64,000 bases of DNA, from the IMG/VR virus record IMGVR_UViG_3300042090_002148; one strand, written 5' to 3'. Both the position numbers and the translations under genes were made by a program. The DNA is from a virus. This document shows positions 46,603-55,220 of this stretch, piece after piece (within the stretch, counting starts at the first letter, position 1; each line of letters begins with the position of its first letter). The notes under the pieces are model-generated. The model was not told where the DNA came from. It did no database searches and saw nothing but the letters and a program-made list of their open reading frames with translations.

Positions 46603-47825
46603 ACCTCAAGCTCATCATGTACATCTGCCTCCTCACTCCCGCGAAGCCCGTCGGCAAGGAGTGGCGCTGGGGCGTTCCTTACCTCCTGATGGGGGCTCCT
46701 TCGACCGCGAAGACCAGCAGCATTATCCAGGTCTGCGAACGCATGCAGGCGCCCAACGAGACGCTGTACCTGAGCACCCACATGCCGGAAGACCTCTCCG
46801 GCATCCCGGTGGTGATGAACGGGAAGGGGCAGCGCGTGAACTTCATGGCCGAGGTCGACGCACTTGCAGCACAGGGCTGCGGAGTCTTGGTGCTGGACGA
46901 GCTCACCACCGCGCGAGAGACCACGCAGAACGCCGCGATGGGGCTCGTCCTCGAGCGCGTGTTGGCTGGAACGAAGCTGCCCAACGGCCTACGCATCGCC
47001 GCCGCCGCGAACCCGCCCGAGCAGGCTGCTGCGGCTCGCGACCTGTCCCTCCCGGCTGCGAACCGCTTCCTGCACTTCGACGTGACGGAGGAGAACCGGC
47101 AGGGCTTCGATGAGACCCTCGAGCGGAGCTGCGCGTTGGCGCGCGGCGAGGAACCGCCGCCCTACACCGAGGAAAACGAGCTCGGCACGCTCAAGGACGG
47201 CGAGAAGATGGTCATGCAGCGCTGGGGTGTGGCGTTGCCGCGTACCTGGCGCCTCGTGAAGCGCTTCCTCGACAGCGCACCCGACCGCCTGACCGTCATC
47301 CCGCCCGTCGGGAACCCTGCGCGTGGCCGCGCCTGGGCCTCCAAGCGCAGCTGGGAGATGGGGACCATGGCGATGGCCGCTGCTGAGGCGCTCGCGCATC
47401 CCGAGTGCAACGCAGACCTTCTGACCGCCGCAGTCGGGGAAGACATCGCAGGCGAGTACATCGAGTTCGTCACCAAGCTGAACCTGCCCCACCCGACGGA
47501 CGTCATCAGCGGCAAGTGGACCCCGGACAAGACGCGCCTCGACACCGCTGCAACCGCGTTCGAGTCCGCGACGCTGTTCATCCTCGGCACCACCGACAAG
47601 GCGCTGCAGGCGCAGTACATCACGGACTACTGGGGCGTTCTCCACAAGGCCGCGGTCAAGCACAACTTTCTCGATGTCGTGCGAGGCAGCATCGAGTCCA
47701 TGGTGCAGCGCGGCTTCGCCAACCAGAGCATCAACCCGGAGTTCCACAAGGCGGCCAACCCCCTGCTCACCGCCTTGGGCGAGAAGTTCCACGAGCACCT
47801 GAACTTCCCGACAGCCGCTCCATGA
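46599..47825 (+). CDS. MoxR-family AAA+ ATPase
   Basis: Walker A GAPSTAKT, Walker B LVLDE, AAANP, LPAANRF. Confidence 0.85.
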   Translation: MNLKLIMYICLLTPAKPVGKEWRWGVPYLLMGAPSTAKTSSIIQVCERMQAPNETLYLSTHMPEDLSGIPVVMNGKGQRVNFMAEVDALAAQGCGVLVLDELTTARETTQNAAMGLVLERVLAGTKLPNGLRIAAAANPPEQAAAARDLSLPAANRFLHFDVTEENRQGFDETLERSCALARGEEPPPYTEENELGTLKDGEKMVMQRWGVALPRTWRLVKRFLDSAPDRLTVIPPVGNPARGRAWASKRSWEMGTMAMAAAEALAHPECNADLLTAAVGEDIAGEYIEFVTKLNLPHPTDVISGKWTPDKTRLDTAATAFESATLFILGTTDKALQAQYITDYWGVLHKAAVKHNFLDVVRGSIESMVQRGFANQSINPEFHKAANPLLTALGEKFHEHLNFPTAAP

Positions 47826-49108
47826 CAGACATCAACGAAGCCGAGGCGAAGATCTCTCTCGCGCGTACCATCGTTCGCTCGAAGGGTCCCTACTACTCGA
47901 AGACGATGGCCAGCCTGGTGTTCATGCCCCTCGAGGGCATCAAGACCATGTGCGTGACCACGAACCTCATCCTCGGCTACGACCCGGAGTGGGCGCTCAT
48001 GGCGCCCGCGACGGTACTCGCCGCGGACGTTGTTCACGAGATCAACCACTTCATCCGGCGGCATCTTTACCGCATCCCCGGCGGAGACCCGCACCTGAAG
48101 AACATCGCCGGCGACCTGTCCATCAACCCCGACCTCCTCATCGGAGGTTGGGACTTGGCGGACAAGACCTCGCCACGACCTGCCATCCTGCCGAAGGACT
48201 TCAAGTTCCCCGACGGGCTCTCACAGGAGGAGTACTACGCGCTCCTGCTGAAGGAACAACAGAAGAAGAACCCGAAGCTGCAGGAGATGCTCGATGCGCT
48301 GCGCGGTGGCCAGGGCGGCGTAGGCAGCGGTGCCTGCGGCGGCATCGCCCAGGGTGCGGGGCTCTCCGCTGCTGAGAAGGCACTCGAAGCCATCCCCGGA
48401 GTCGGTCGCTCGAAGGCCGAGATCAAGAACGTCGAGGTCATCGCAGCGAAGCAGATCAAGGACTACGTCGCCCAGAAGGGACGGGGTTCCGTCCCTGAGA
48501 AGCTCATTCGCGATGCAGAGCTCTCCAAGGAGATCTCAAGGATCCGCTGGCAGGACATCCTGTCTCGCGTCGTCCGCACCGCCACGGGGCAGATCACGCT
48601 GGGCGGCGAGATCGAGCCCTCGTACATACGACTCTCACGGCGCATGCAGCCGGAGATGGGCATCATCCGTCCGAGCTACATCACGCAGATGCCCGAGATC
48701 GCCATCGTGCGCGACACCTCGGGCTCGATGGGACAGAAGCAGCTGCAGGACTGCGTGCGCGAGTCCTACGCCATCGTGAAGAGCTTGGGCATCGACGAGG
48801 TCTGGTTCACGGACGCAGATGCTGCCGTGGCAATGCCCTGGCAGCGCGTGAGGAAAGAGTTCTTCGAGAAGCTGACAACTTCTCGAGGGGGAGGCGGAAC
48901 AGACTTCGCTCCTGCTATCAAAGACGCACTGAAGCTCAAGCCGAAGCCCGACCTCCTCATCTACTGCACCGACGGCGACGGCTACGCAGGCGACGCCCCA
49001 CGAGGCATGGGCGTCGTGTTCGCTGTCGTCCCGTCCCACTACAACAAGGCCCCCTGCGAGTGGGCCACCACCGTCTTCATCGAAGACCCGGAGAAGAGCA
49101 CGTCGTAG
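47822..49108 (+). CDS. DUF2201-like HExxH plus VWA domain protein
   Basis: HEINH; MIDAS DTSGSMG, GGGTDF, TDGDG. Confidence 0.88.
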   Translation: MTDINEAEAKISLARTIVRSKGPYYSKTMASLVFMPLEGIKTMCVTTNLILGYDPEWALMAPATVLAADVVHEINHFIRRHLYRIPGGDPHLKNIAGDLSINPDLLIGGWDLADKTSPRPAILPKDFKFPDGLSQEEYYALLLKEQQKKNPKLQEMLDALRGGQGGVGSGACGGIAQGAGLSAAEKALEAIPGVGRSKAEIKNVEVIAAKQIKDYVAQKGRGSVPEKLIRDAELSKEISRIRWQDILSRVVRTATGQITLGGEIEPSYIRLSRRMQPEMGIIRPSYITQMPEIAIVRDTSGSMGQKQLQDCVRESYAIVKSLGIDEVWFTDADAAVAMPWQRVRKEFFEKLTTSRGGGGTDFAPAIKDALKLKPKPDLLIYCTDGDGYAGDAPRGMGVVFAVVPSHYNKAPCEWATTVFIEDPEKSTS

Positions 49109-49109
49109 T

Positions 49110-49134
49110 GAAGGAGGGCCTCGTGCCCTTCTTC
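49110..49134. terminator. Bidirectional intrinsic terminator
   Basis: gaaggagggc/gcccttcttc stem between the convergent VWA and portal genes. Confidence 0.75.
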
Positions 49135-51180
49135 TTAGGTACCGCCTGCTCTGCGTGGGGGACGCTGCTGTGGCATCGGGCGCGTGTCGACGCCGGCCAC
49201 CTGTGACCCGGTGTTCCCCGAGCTCTCTCCACCTTCGCCCCCCATCTGGGCCAGGTACTGACGCACCAGGTCCGCGAGCTCGGGGCTCTGGAAGCCGAGG
49301 TTGGTGATGGCCTGCGCCTGCTGCTGCTTCGGCAGGGTCGCGATGGTGCGCGCCTGCATCAGCGCCAAGGAGGGCAGGTCGATGTTCTGCTTGGCCTGGC
49401 CGCCGCCAGCGCCCTGCATCTTCTGCCCGCCGGAGAGCTGGCTGCCGATCTGCTGGAGGAAGTCCGGAGGAGACGCTCCTCCGTTCGCAGGCTGCTGTTG
49501 CTGCGGAGCCTGCTCTCCGAGCTGCGGGGCCTGTCCCTGCTCGGGCGGTGGAGGTGCCATGCCCGCAGCGCCCTCGAGGCCACCAGGCTCTCCGGGTGCC
49601 TGTGGGGCCCCCATCGCCGTCTGAGTCTCCTGCTGCGCGCGAGCCTGGTACTTCACCATCACGAGCTGGGACTCGCCCTGGATGGTCGCCATCGCAAGCT
49701 GCTGCTTCTTCGTGGCCTCGAGACGTGTGTCGGTCTCGCGGATCATGATCTGGTTCTCGTCCTCCTGGGACATGTCGCTGTCTGCGAGGAGGGTCGTGTC
49801 GCTGATCTTGCCGGCCGCGTTGAGCTGGAAGTTGAACGCCTTGCGCTGCAGGTCGTCCGCCATCTTGAACGGCTTGAAGCGGATGTTCGCGAGCGGCCAC
49901 CCGAGGAACGAGGAGACCTGCCGCATGATGAAGCGGGCGAGGTCGCGCTGACGCTGGAGGTAGCCGATGAACATGTTCTCGAGCATGCGCATCGACACGT
50001 TCGTGCCGGCGTAACTCATGCCGCCCTTGATGAACTCGAGGGGGACACCCATGCCGTTGAGGATCTGCTCCGACCAGGTCACGATCTCCTGCGTGAGAAG
50101 AAGCGCACGACCGTCACCGCCGATGGTCTGGTTGCCGATGGGCAGAGGAAGGATGGGGATGTAGTTGTTGTCCGTCCTCCAGCGCGCAATCTCCTGGGCA
50201 ATCTGGTCGCGCCAGTCGATGAGGTTGATGGTGGTGTACGGGTCCGAGCTCCCCGAACCGGCCTGCGGGAAGATGACGCGCAGCGGGACGATGTGCTCGA
50301 CGAGGATGGCCTCCTGCGCCTTCTTCATGATCTGCAGGTAGAAGGTGTCCTTCAGGACCGGCAGAAGAAGGGGAACACCCACGCCGCGGTCCTGCCCTGC
50401 CAGGGTCGGACGACGCATGTGGAAGAAGTTGTCCTTCGAGAAGATGACCCCCTTCTGCTCGCGCATCGCCTGGATGAAGACCTGCGGGATGCCGTCGACG
50501 ACGTCCTTGCGGCCGATGACGATGTCGTTCCGGATGATGGCGGGGATGTCGTAGAAGTACGTGTAGTCCCCGGTCATGTCGTTGTAGCGAACCTCGACAT
50601 CCTCCGGGTTCCAGCGGATCGTCTTGATGCCGCTCGCGTTCTTGTAATAGACGTCCTTCGGCGTGGCATCACCGACGCGACCACAGCGCGGGCAGGTGAG
50701 CCGGAAGTTGAAGTTCGTGAAGATCCAGTTCGCCCGGATCTTCGACGCCTCGTCGCGGAAGTTGCACGCGTTGCAGAAGAGGAACTTCTTGAACGGGAAC
50801 CCGAGCGAGACGTAGCCGTTGCCGTACGCATGGAAGTCGAGACCCGACTCCACCTGGAACGAACGGTAGCGGAGATGATCCTGGAAGTACTCCGTCCAGC
50901 GCTTCTTCACCTCCGGGTCTTCGTGGTCGATGATGATGTCGGTGACGGGGTACTCGCTCAGCTTGAACACCGTCGCATTGATGAGCGGGTTCGTGAGGAA
51001 GTAGTAGCGGCACCACTTGAAGAGCTGCTTGACCGTGACCGGCAAGTACGTGTGCGCGATGTCGAAGAACGGCGAGGGGTAGTTGACCCCTTGGATGTTG
51101 GAGCCGTTGATGCGCCCGCGTGTTGTGGCGAAGCGGAGCCCGCTTGCCGGGCCTGTCGCCATTCCTCCCAGAAAGCTCAT
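49135..51180 (-). CDS. Portal protein
   Basis: LINATVFKLSEYP, YGNGYV, RWNP, FHMRRP...GVGVPLLLP, GVPLEFI; CxxC insertions; Pro/Gln-rich tail. Confidence 0.85.
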   Translation of the reverse strand: MSFLGGMATGPASGLRFATTRGRINGSNIQGVNYPSPFFDIAHTYLPVTVKQLFKWCRYYFLTNPLINATVFKLSEYPVTDIIIDHEDPEVKKRWTEYFQDHLRYRSFQVESGLDFHAYGNGYVSLGFPFKKFLFCNACNFRDEASKIRANWIFTNFNFRLTCPRCGRVGDATPKDVYYKNASGIKTIRWNPEDVEVRYNDMTGDYTYFYDIPAIIRNDIVIGRKDVVDGIPQVFIQAMREQKGVIFSKDNFFHMRRPTLAGQDRGVGVPLLLPVLKDTFYLQIMKKAQEAILVEHIVPLRVIFPQAGSGSSDPYTTINLIDWRDQIAQEIARWRTDNNYIPILPLPIGNQTIGGDGRALLLTQEIVTWSEQILNGMGVPLEFIKGGMSYAGTNVSMRMLENMFIGYLQRQRDLARFIMRQVSSFLGWPLANIRFKPFKMADDLQRKAFNFQLNAAGKISDTTLLADSDMSQEDENQIMIRETDTRLEATKKQQLAMATIQGESQLVMVKYQARAQQETQTAMGAPQAPGEPGGLEGAAGMAPPPPEQGQAPQLGEQAPQQQQPANGGASPPDFLQQIGSQLSGGQKMQGAGGGQAKQNIDLPSLALMQARTIATLPKQQQAQAITNLGFQSPELADLVRQYLAQMGGEGGESSGNTGSQVAGVDTRPMPQQRPPRRAGGT

Positions 51181-52112
51181 ACGGGTGACTCCGGCGCCTG
51201 TCCGGCAGCAGCGGGACTCATGACGCGTTCAGTGGCGGTCTGCTGTGCCTCGGTTGGCTCCATCGTAGGAGTCGGGGCGTTGTGGAGTCGACGCCCCCGA
51301 AGACGATCTACTCCACGACCTGCCCAGGCACCGACCTGAGAAGACCCCGCACCGAGCGCGGCCTGCCCACCCATCGGCAGCATGCCACCGGCGATGCCGC
51401 CCACCGCACCTCCAACCGCACGACCCACGGACTCACCTCGGCCCTGTCCTTCTTCGGTCGGAGCAAGAGCACCTGCCGCGAGGGGGAGCCCGACGGCTGC
51501 TGCAGTCAGAAGTGGTTGGTTACGCAACTGCTCTTCCGCGCTCGTGCGCAGCGTATTGCCGACGCCGTTGTTCTTCATCGACTTGAGGTAGCCGGGGATG
51601 CTGGTGAGTCCCATGTTCTGCGCCTTCTCGGAAGCGTTTAGCGCTTTCTCCAGCCGTGGGACACTCCTGCTCCCCTCGGCCTTTGCTGTCGCGAGCGCTT
51701 GACGAGCATCATGTGCTCCGCCGCGCACTCCCTCGATCTCTGCAGGGGAAAGCATTCCGGTGAAGCCATGAACCTGTCGTTGACCGAACCGTGACGCCGC
51801 GCCCATAGCGCCCGAAGCTTGCGTAAGGTGGCTGAGATCTTTCTTGACCAGGCCGCCAGCTGCTCCGCCAGCGAGACCACCAACCATCCCGCCCATCGTC
51901 GCGCCTTGAACAGCACCCCCGAGAGCTCCTGAGACACCACTCTGTCCGTTCTCCTCTGCGTGCTGGTAGCCGTGGATGCCGCCAAGGACTGCTCCACCGC
52001 CGGCGCCCAGCAGAGCACCACGCCCGCCGAGCGCACCGATGTTCTTCAACGCGAAACCGGCCTCCTTGCGGAGCTCGTCGCGGAACGCGAGCAGCATGGC
52101 CTCATCGAGCAT
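51177..52112 (-). CDS. Gly-zipper putative internal head protein
   Basis: AFRDELRKEA|GF followed by multiple GxxxG zippers; lower GC3 in the interior. Confidence 0.72.
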   Translation of the reverse strand: MLDEAMLLAFRDELRKEAGFALKNIGALGGRGALLGAGGGAVLGGIHGYQHAEENGQSGVSGALGGAVQGATMGGMVGGLAGGAAGGLVKKDLSHLTQASGAMGAASRFGQRQVHGFTGMLSPAEIEGVRGGAHDARQALATAKAEGSRSVPRLEKALNASEKAQNMGLTSIPGYLKSMKNNGVGNTLRTSAEEQLRNQPLLTAAAVGLPLAAGALAPTEEGQGRGESVGRAVGGAVGGIAGGMLPMGGQAALGAGSSQVGAWAGRGVDRLRGRRLHNAPTPTMEPTEAQQTATERVMSPAAAGQAPESPV

Positions 52113-52896
52113 GGAACAACCCCAGCTGGTTCATGAGTCGTTCGCGGTTCTCGTTGAGCTGCTGCTGCACCACAAGGAGACGATCCAGCTGCACAGCCAC
52201 GGGTGTTGTAGCAGGAAGCGGCTTGCCTGCGCGCAGTACCTCGTCACAACGAGCCTGCACAGCACCGAGGTCCAGTCCCTCGGGGGCGTCAGGTGTCACG
52301 AAGTCAGCGGGTGGCAGCGTGCGGTAGATCCCATCGTGCTCGTAGATGGTCTTGACGTACGCCTTGAGCTCCTCCGACCAAGCCGGCACGCCCTCGGTGC
52401 GAACGTGTCCGGCCGTGGCGCAGGCGATGAGCACCTGACCTACCGTCGGCACCTGCATCACCACGAAGTCCGGGAACTCGCCGTTGAACGGCATGCAGCA
52501 TGCGAGGAAGACTCCCCAGCGTTCCCAGAAGGCGTCAGAGAGAAGGAGCGCACGCACCGCCTGGATCTTCGACAGGTTCAACGCGCTCAACCCGACGCCG
52601 AGGAACTCCTCCGCGATGCGGGGAGCAAACGTCTCGGCTTCCCACTCGAGCCAGTCGTCGCCGAAGGCGCCTCGAAGAAGAGCCTGGAGCACTACGGGGT
52701 GTGCCTCGGGGTGGCCCCAGATGTTCTGCTTCGTCACCGCGGCGAGAGGCAACGGGATGGTGGTCGTGGTCACCGTAGGGACGGGTGGCGTCGACTCGAG
52801 GTGCTCAGTGACGGCGTCCTCCAGAGGAAGATGAGGAGCGCCGACGTTCTTGAGCGTCTCGAGGAAGGTCTCCTCGGAGATGGGCAGCGGGGCCAT
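52102..52896 (-). CDS. Hypothetical protein
   Basis: High GC3; GAGGG SD. Confidence 0.72.
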   Translation of the reverse strand: MAPLPISEETFLETLKNVGAPHLPLEDAVTEHLESTPPVPTVTTTTIPLPLAAVTKQNIWGHPEAHPVVLQALLRGAFGDDWLEWEAETFAPRIAEEFLGVGLSALNLSKIQAVRALLLSDAFWERWGVFLACCMPFNGEFPDFVVMQVPTVGQVLIACATAGHVRTEGVPAWSEELKAYVKTIYEHDGIYRTLPPADFVTPDAPEGLDLGAVQARCDEVLRAGKPLPATTPVAVQLDRLLVVQQQLNENRERLMNQLGLFHAR

Positions 52897-52907
52897 CGCG
52901 TCCCTCT

Positions 52908-54599
52908 CTAGTACGCCGGCTCTGCGCCCGGTGCGGTGCCCTGCGCCATGTGGATGACCATCTTCTTCTGGTCGCGGGGCAGGCTCTCGTAGACGCCGAT
53001 GGGGTCCTTGCGGAACTCCTCCTGGAAGTCTTCACCGAAGGTGTCACGCACCGTGTGCGTCCCGACGTGCGCGAGACGCTTCAGGTCCGCGTAGGTGATC
53101 ATGTCGTTGCCGATGATGTCGGACCACGACGACTTGCTCGCGATCTTCTCGTTGCCGAAGATGGAGAAGTAGGGGTCAGGGATCGTCTTGTCGTAGGAGC
53201 GGTTCAGCCCGGTGTCCTTGTCGAACTCCGAGAGCAGTGCGCACGCCTCGACGGGATGAAGGGCCAGCGACGCCAGCTTCGAGCCACCCTGCGTGAGGAT
53301 GACGTCCTCCACGGCATCGAGGACACGAAGCACGTCAGGGTACGCCTGGAGCTCTGCCCGTCGCGCGTCGAAGGCGATCTTGATCTCGGTCTCCGGAGCG
53401 AGGCCCTCTGCGCCGTACTTGTGCGCGATGTCCGGGATGTCGATGGCCATCGCCGACGCCTGCTTCACGAGGTTCACGGCGTACTCACGGCGCTCTTCGG
53501 GAGCGAAGAACTTGTAGTACTCCCCGAAGTAGGAGCCTGCTGCCTTCACCTGCGCGTAGCTGTCGAGCGGGTAACGGGACAAGCTTGGCAGCGCGTACTT
53601 GCTGGCCTTCTTCTCCGTCACGTAGGTCGGAGGCTTCGCGTTGGTGACGTCCACTGTCGGCTGCAGGTGCTTCGCCTGCGGCAACGACTTCGGTCCCTCG
53701 CCAGCGATGGCGCTGTTCTCCTGCAGCATCTCCTCGTGGTCGCTCTTCGAGGCCGAGACCAGATGACCGACGCGCGCGGTCTTGTTGATGGTTGTCTTCG
53801 ACGGGGTCGGCGAGAGCTTCCCAGGCTCCTCCATGGGAGCAGTCGTTGTGCCGTTGACCTCTGCCCCTTTGAACGTGCTCATCAACTGTCCGCCTGCCTG
53901 GCCGGCCGCAGCCATGTTGTTCTTGATGGCACCTCCTGCACCTACAGCCGTGCGCGCCAAACCCACGGCCTTACCGATGCCGCCCGGCAACATCTCAGCT
54001 GCGCTACCCAAGAGCTCACCACCAAGACCCGCGAACTTTGCGCCAGCTCCCATGTGCTGCTGCACCGCTTTCTGCGCCGAGGCGACGTTCACAGGCCCAC
54101 CGGTGGCACCTGCGTAACCCGCCACCCGATCACCCTGCATGATGCGCTTATACCTTCCTCCATACTGCGCCTTCATGCGGGCCTCTACGGCCATCTGCTC
54201 AGGACTGCCCAGTACGTTGGTAGCATCCGATGAACCCATGCCCGCCTTCTTCACAAGTTCCTCTGGGACCTCGAGGTCGTACCAGCCAGAGGCGACGATG
54301 AGGTTCTCCGCGGCTGTCTTCTGCGCCTCGACGGGAAGCTTGTGCGCGTTCTTGAGGAAGTACGCGACGGAGAGCTCGGTGTTGCCTGGGTCGACGCAGG
54401 CGTACTTCCTGAGCTTCTCTCCGTTGTTCACCATGACGAGTGCGAAGACGTCGTCCGGCAGCCGGTTGCGCGTGCCTTTCAGGTCTGACGCCACCTTCAC
54501 GCCTTCCGGCAGCGCGTCGAGCGTGGGGTAGAGAGAACGCAGAGTCTCTCCGTTGAAGTCGTCGTAGACATCGAGAATGAGGCCGCTGATCGAGTCCAT
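52908..54599 (-). CDS. Putative internal head protein with a K-x-A-flanked cassette
   Basis: VKVA, QKTA, VKKA, AKFA, FKGA, NKTA, EKKA, VKQA, SKLA, EKIA motifs. Confidence 0.78.
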   Translation of the reverse strand: MDSISGLILDVYDDFNGETLRSLYPTLDALPEGVKVASDLKGTRNRLPDDVFALVMVNNGEKLRKYACVDPGNTELSVAYFLKNAHKLPVEAQKTAAENLIVASGWYDLEVPEELVKKAGMGSSDATNVLGSPEQMAVEARMKAQYGGRYKRIMQGDRVAGYAGATGGPVNVASAQKAVQQHMGAGAKFAGLGGELLGSAAEMLPGGIGKAVGLARTAVGAGGAIKNNMAAAGQAGGQLMSTFKGAEVNGTTTAPMEEPGKLSPTPSKTTINKTARVGHLVSASKSDHEEMLQENSAIAGEGPKSLPQAKHLQPTVDVTNAKPPTYVTEKKASKYALPSLSRYPLDSYAQVKAAGSYFGEYYKFFAPEERREYAVNLVKQASAMAIDIPDIAHKYGAEGLAPETEIKIAFDARRAELQAYPDVLRVLDAVEDVILTQGGSKLASLALHPVEACALLSEFDKDTGLNRSYDKTIPDPYFSIFGNEKIASKSSWSDIIGNDMITYADLKRLAHVGTHTVRDTFGEDFQEEFRKDPIGVYESLPRDQKKMVIHMAQGTAPGAEPAY

Positions 54600-54606
54600 G
54601 CTCCGT

Positions 54607-54612
54607 ATCCTA
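54607..54612 (-). promoter_or_regulatory. -10 TAGGAT, 7 nt before ATG (leaderless)
   Basis: TAGGATacggagcATG. Confidence 0.55.
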
Positions 54613-54617
54613 CCCGG

Positions 54618-55121
54618 TCACGCGGGCGATTGGTACTGCAGCAGGTACATCCGGGCCTTCTCGGTCCTTACCGGATCCTTCTCCAAGAAGCCGACAGTCA
54701 GGTTGCATCCATGGCACAGCAGCGCCCGCAGCTTGTTCGTTCGGTGGTTGTGATCTACGCACAGCGGCTTCCCGCCTGGCTGTGGCTTGCCACAGATGGC
54801 GCAGACCCCTCCTTGGGCGCGTACACGCTCCTCGTACTCTTCCGCGGTGAGCCCGTACTCTCGAAGGAAACGTTCCCTGTTGTACTGCTTGCGCTCCGCC
54901 TTGTGTGCATCTCTCCAGCGTTGGGCGGTGGCACGCCCCTTCTCGCTGATCGCGTATCTACGCTGAACCGGCTGCGTCGTACGCGGCTTGCCGCGGTAGT
55001 AGTGGGCGTTGTAGTGCTCGCGGCAGAAGGACATGCTGTACGCCTCCCTTTTACAGCCACTCGGCTCTGCGCACTGTTTGCCCTTGTTCTTCTGGTACTT
55101 CTTTCGGCGCTCCGTGTACAC
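54618..55121 (-). CDS. Endonuclease VII-like homing endonuclease
   Basis: YGLTAEEY...CAICG...VDHNH...RALLCHGCN; N-terminal C...C...C..H. Confidence 0.85.
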   Translation of the reverse strand: MYTERRKKYQKNKGKQCAEPSGCKREAYSMSFCREHYNAHYYRGKPRTTQPVQRRYAISEKGRATAQRWRDAHKAERKQYNRERFLREYGLTAEEYEERVRAQGGVCAICGKPQPGGKPLCVDHNHRTNKLRALLCHGCNLTVGFLEKDPVRTEKARMYLLQYQSPA

Positions 55122-55180
55122 AATTCGCTTAGTACTCTGGAACTAAGTGAAAAGCAAACGGCAAGTTAGGCGCGAGCAAG

Positions 55181-55196
55181 GAGATAAGAAACCTGC
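55181..55196 (+). promoter_or_regulatory. GAGATAAGAAACCTGC motif (candidate phage promoter or operator)
   Basis: Intergenic, heading the replication operon. Confidence 0.5.
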
Positions 55197-55220
55197 CACG
55201 TGACTATGCCAGGAGGCCGC

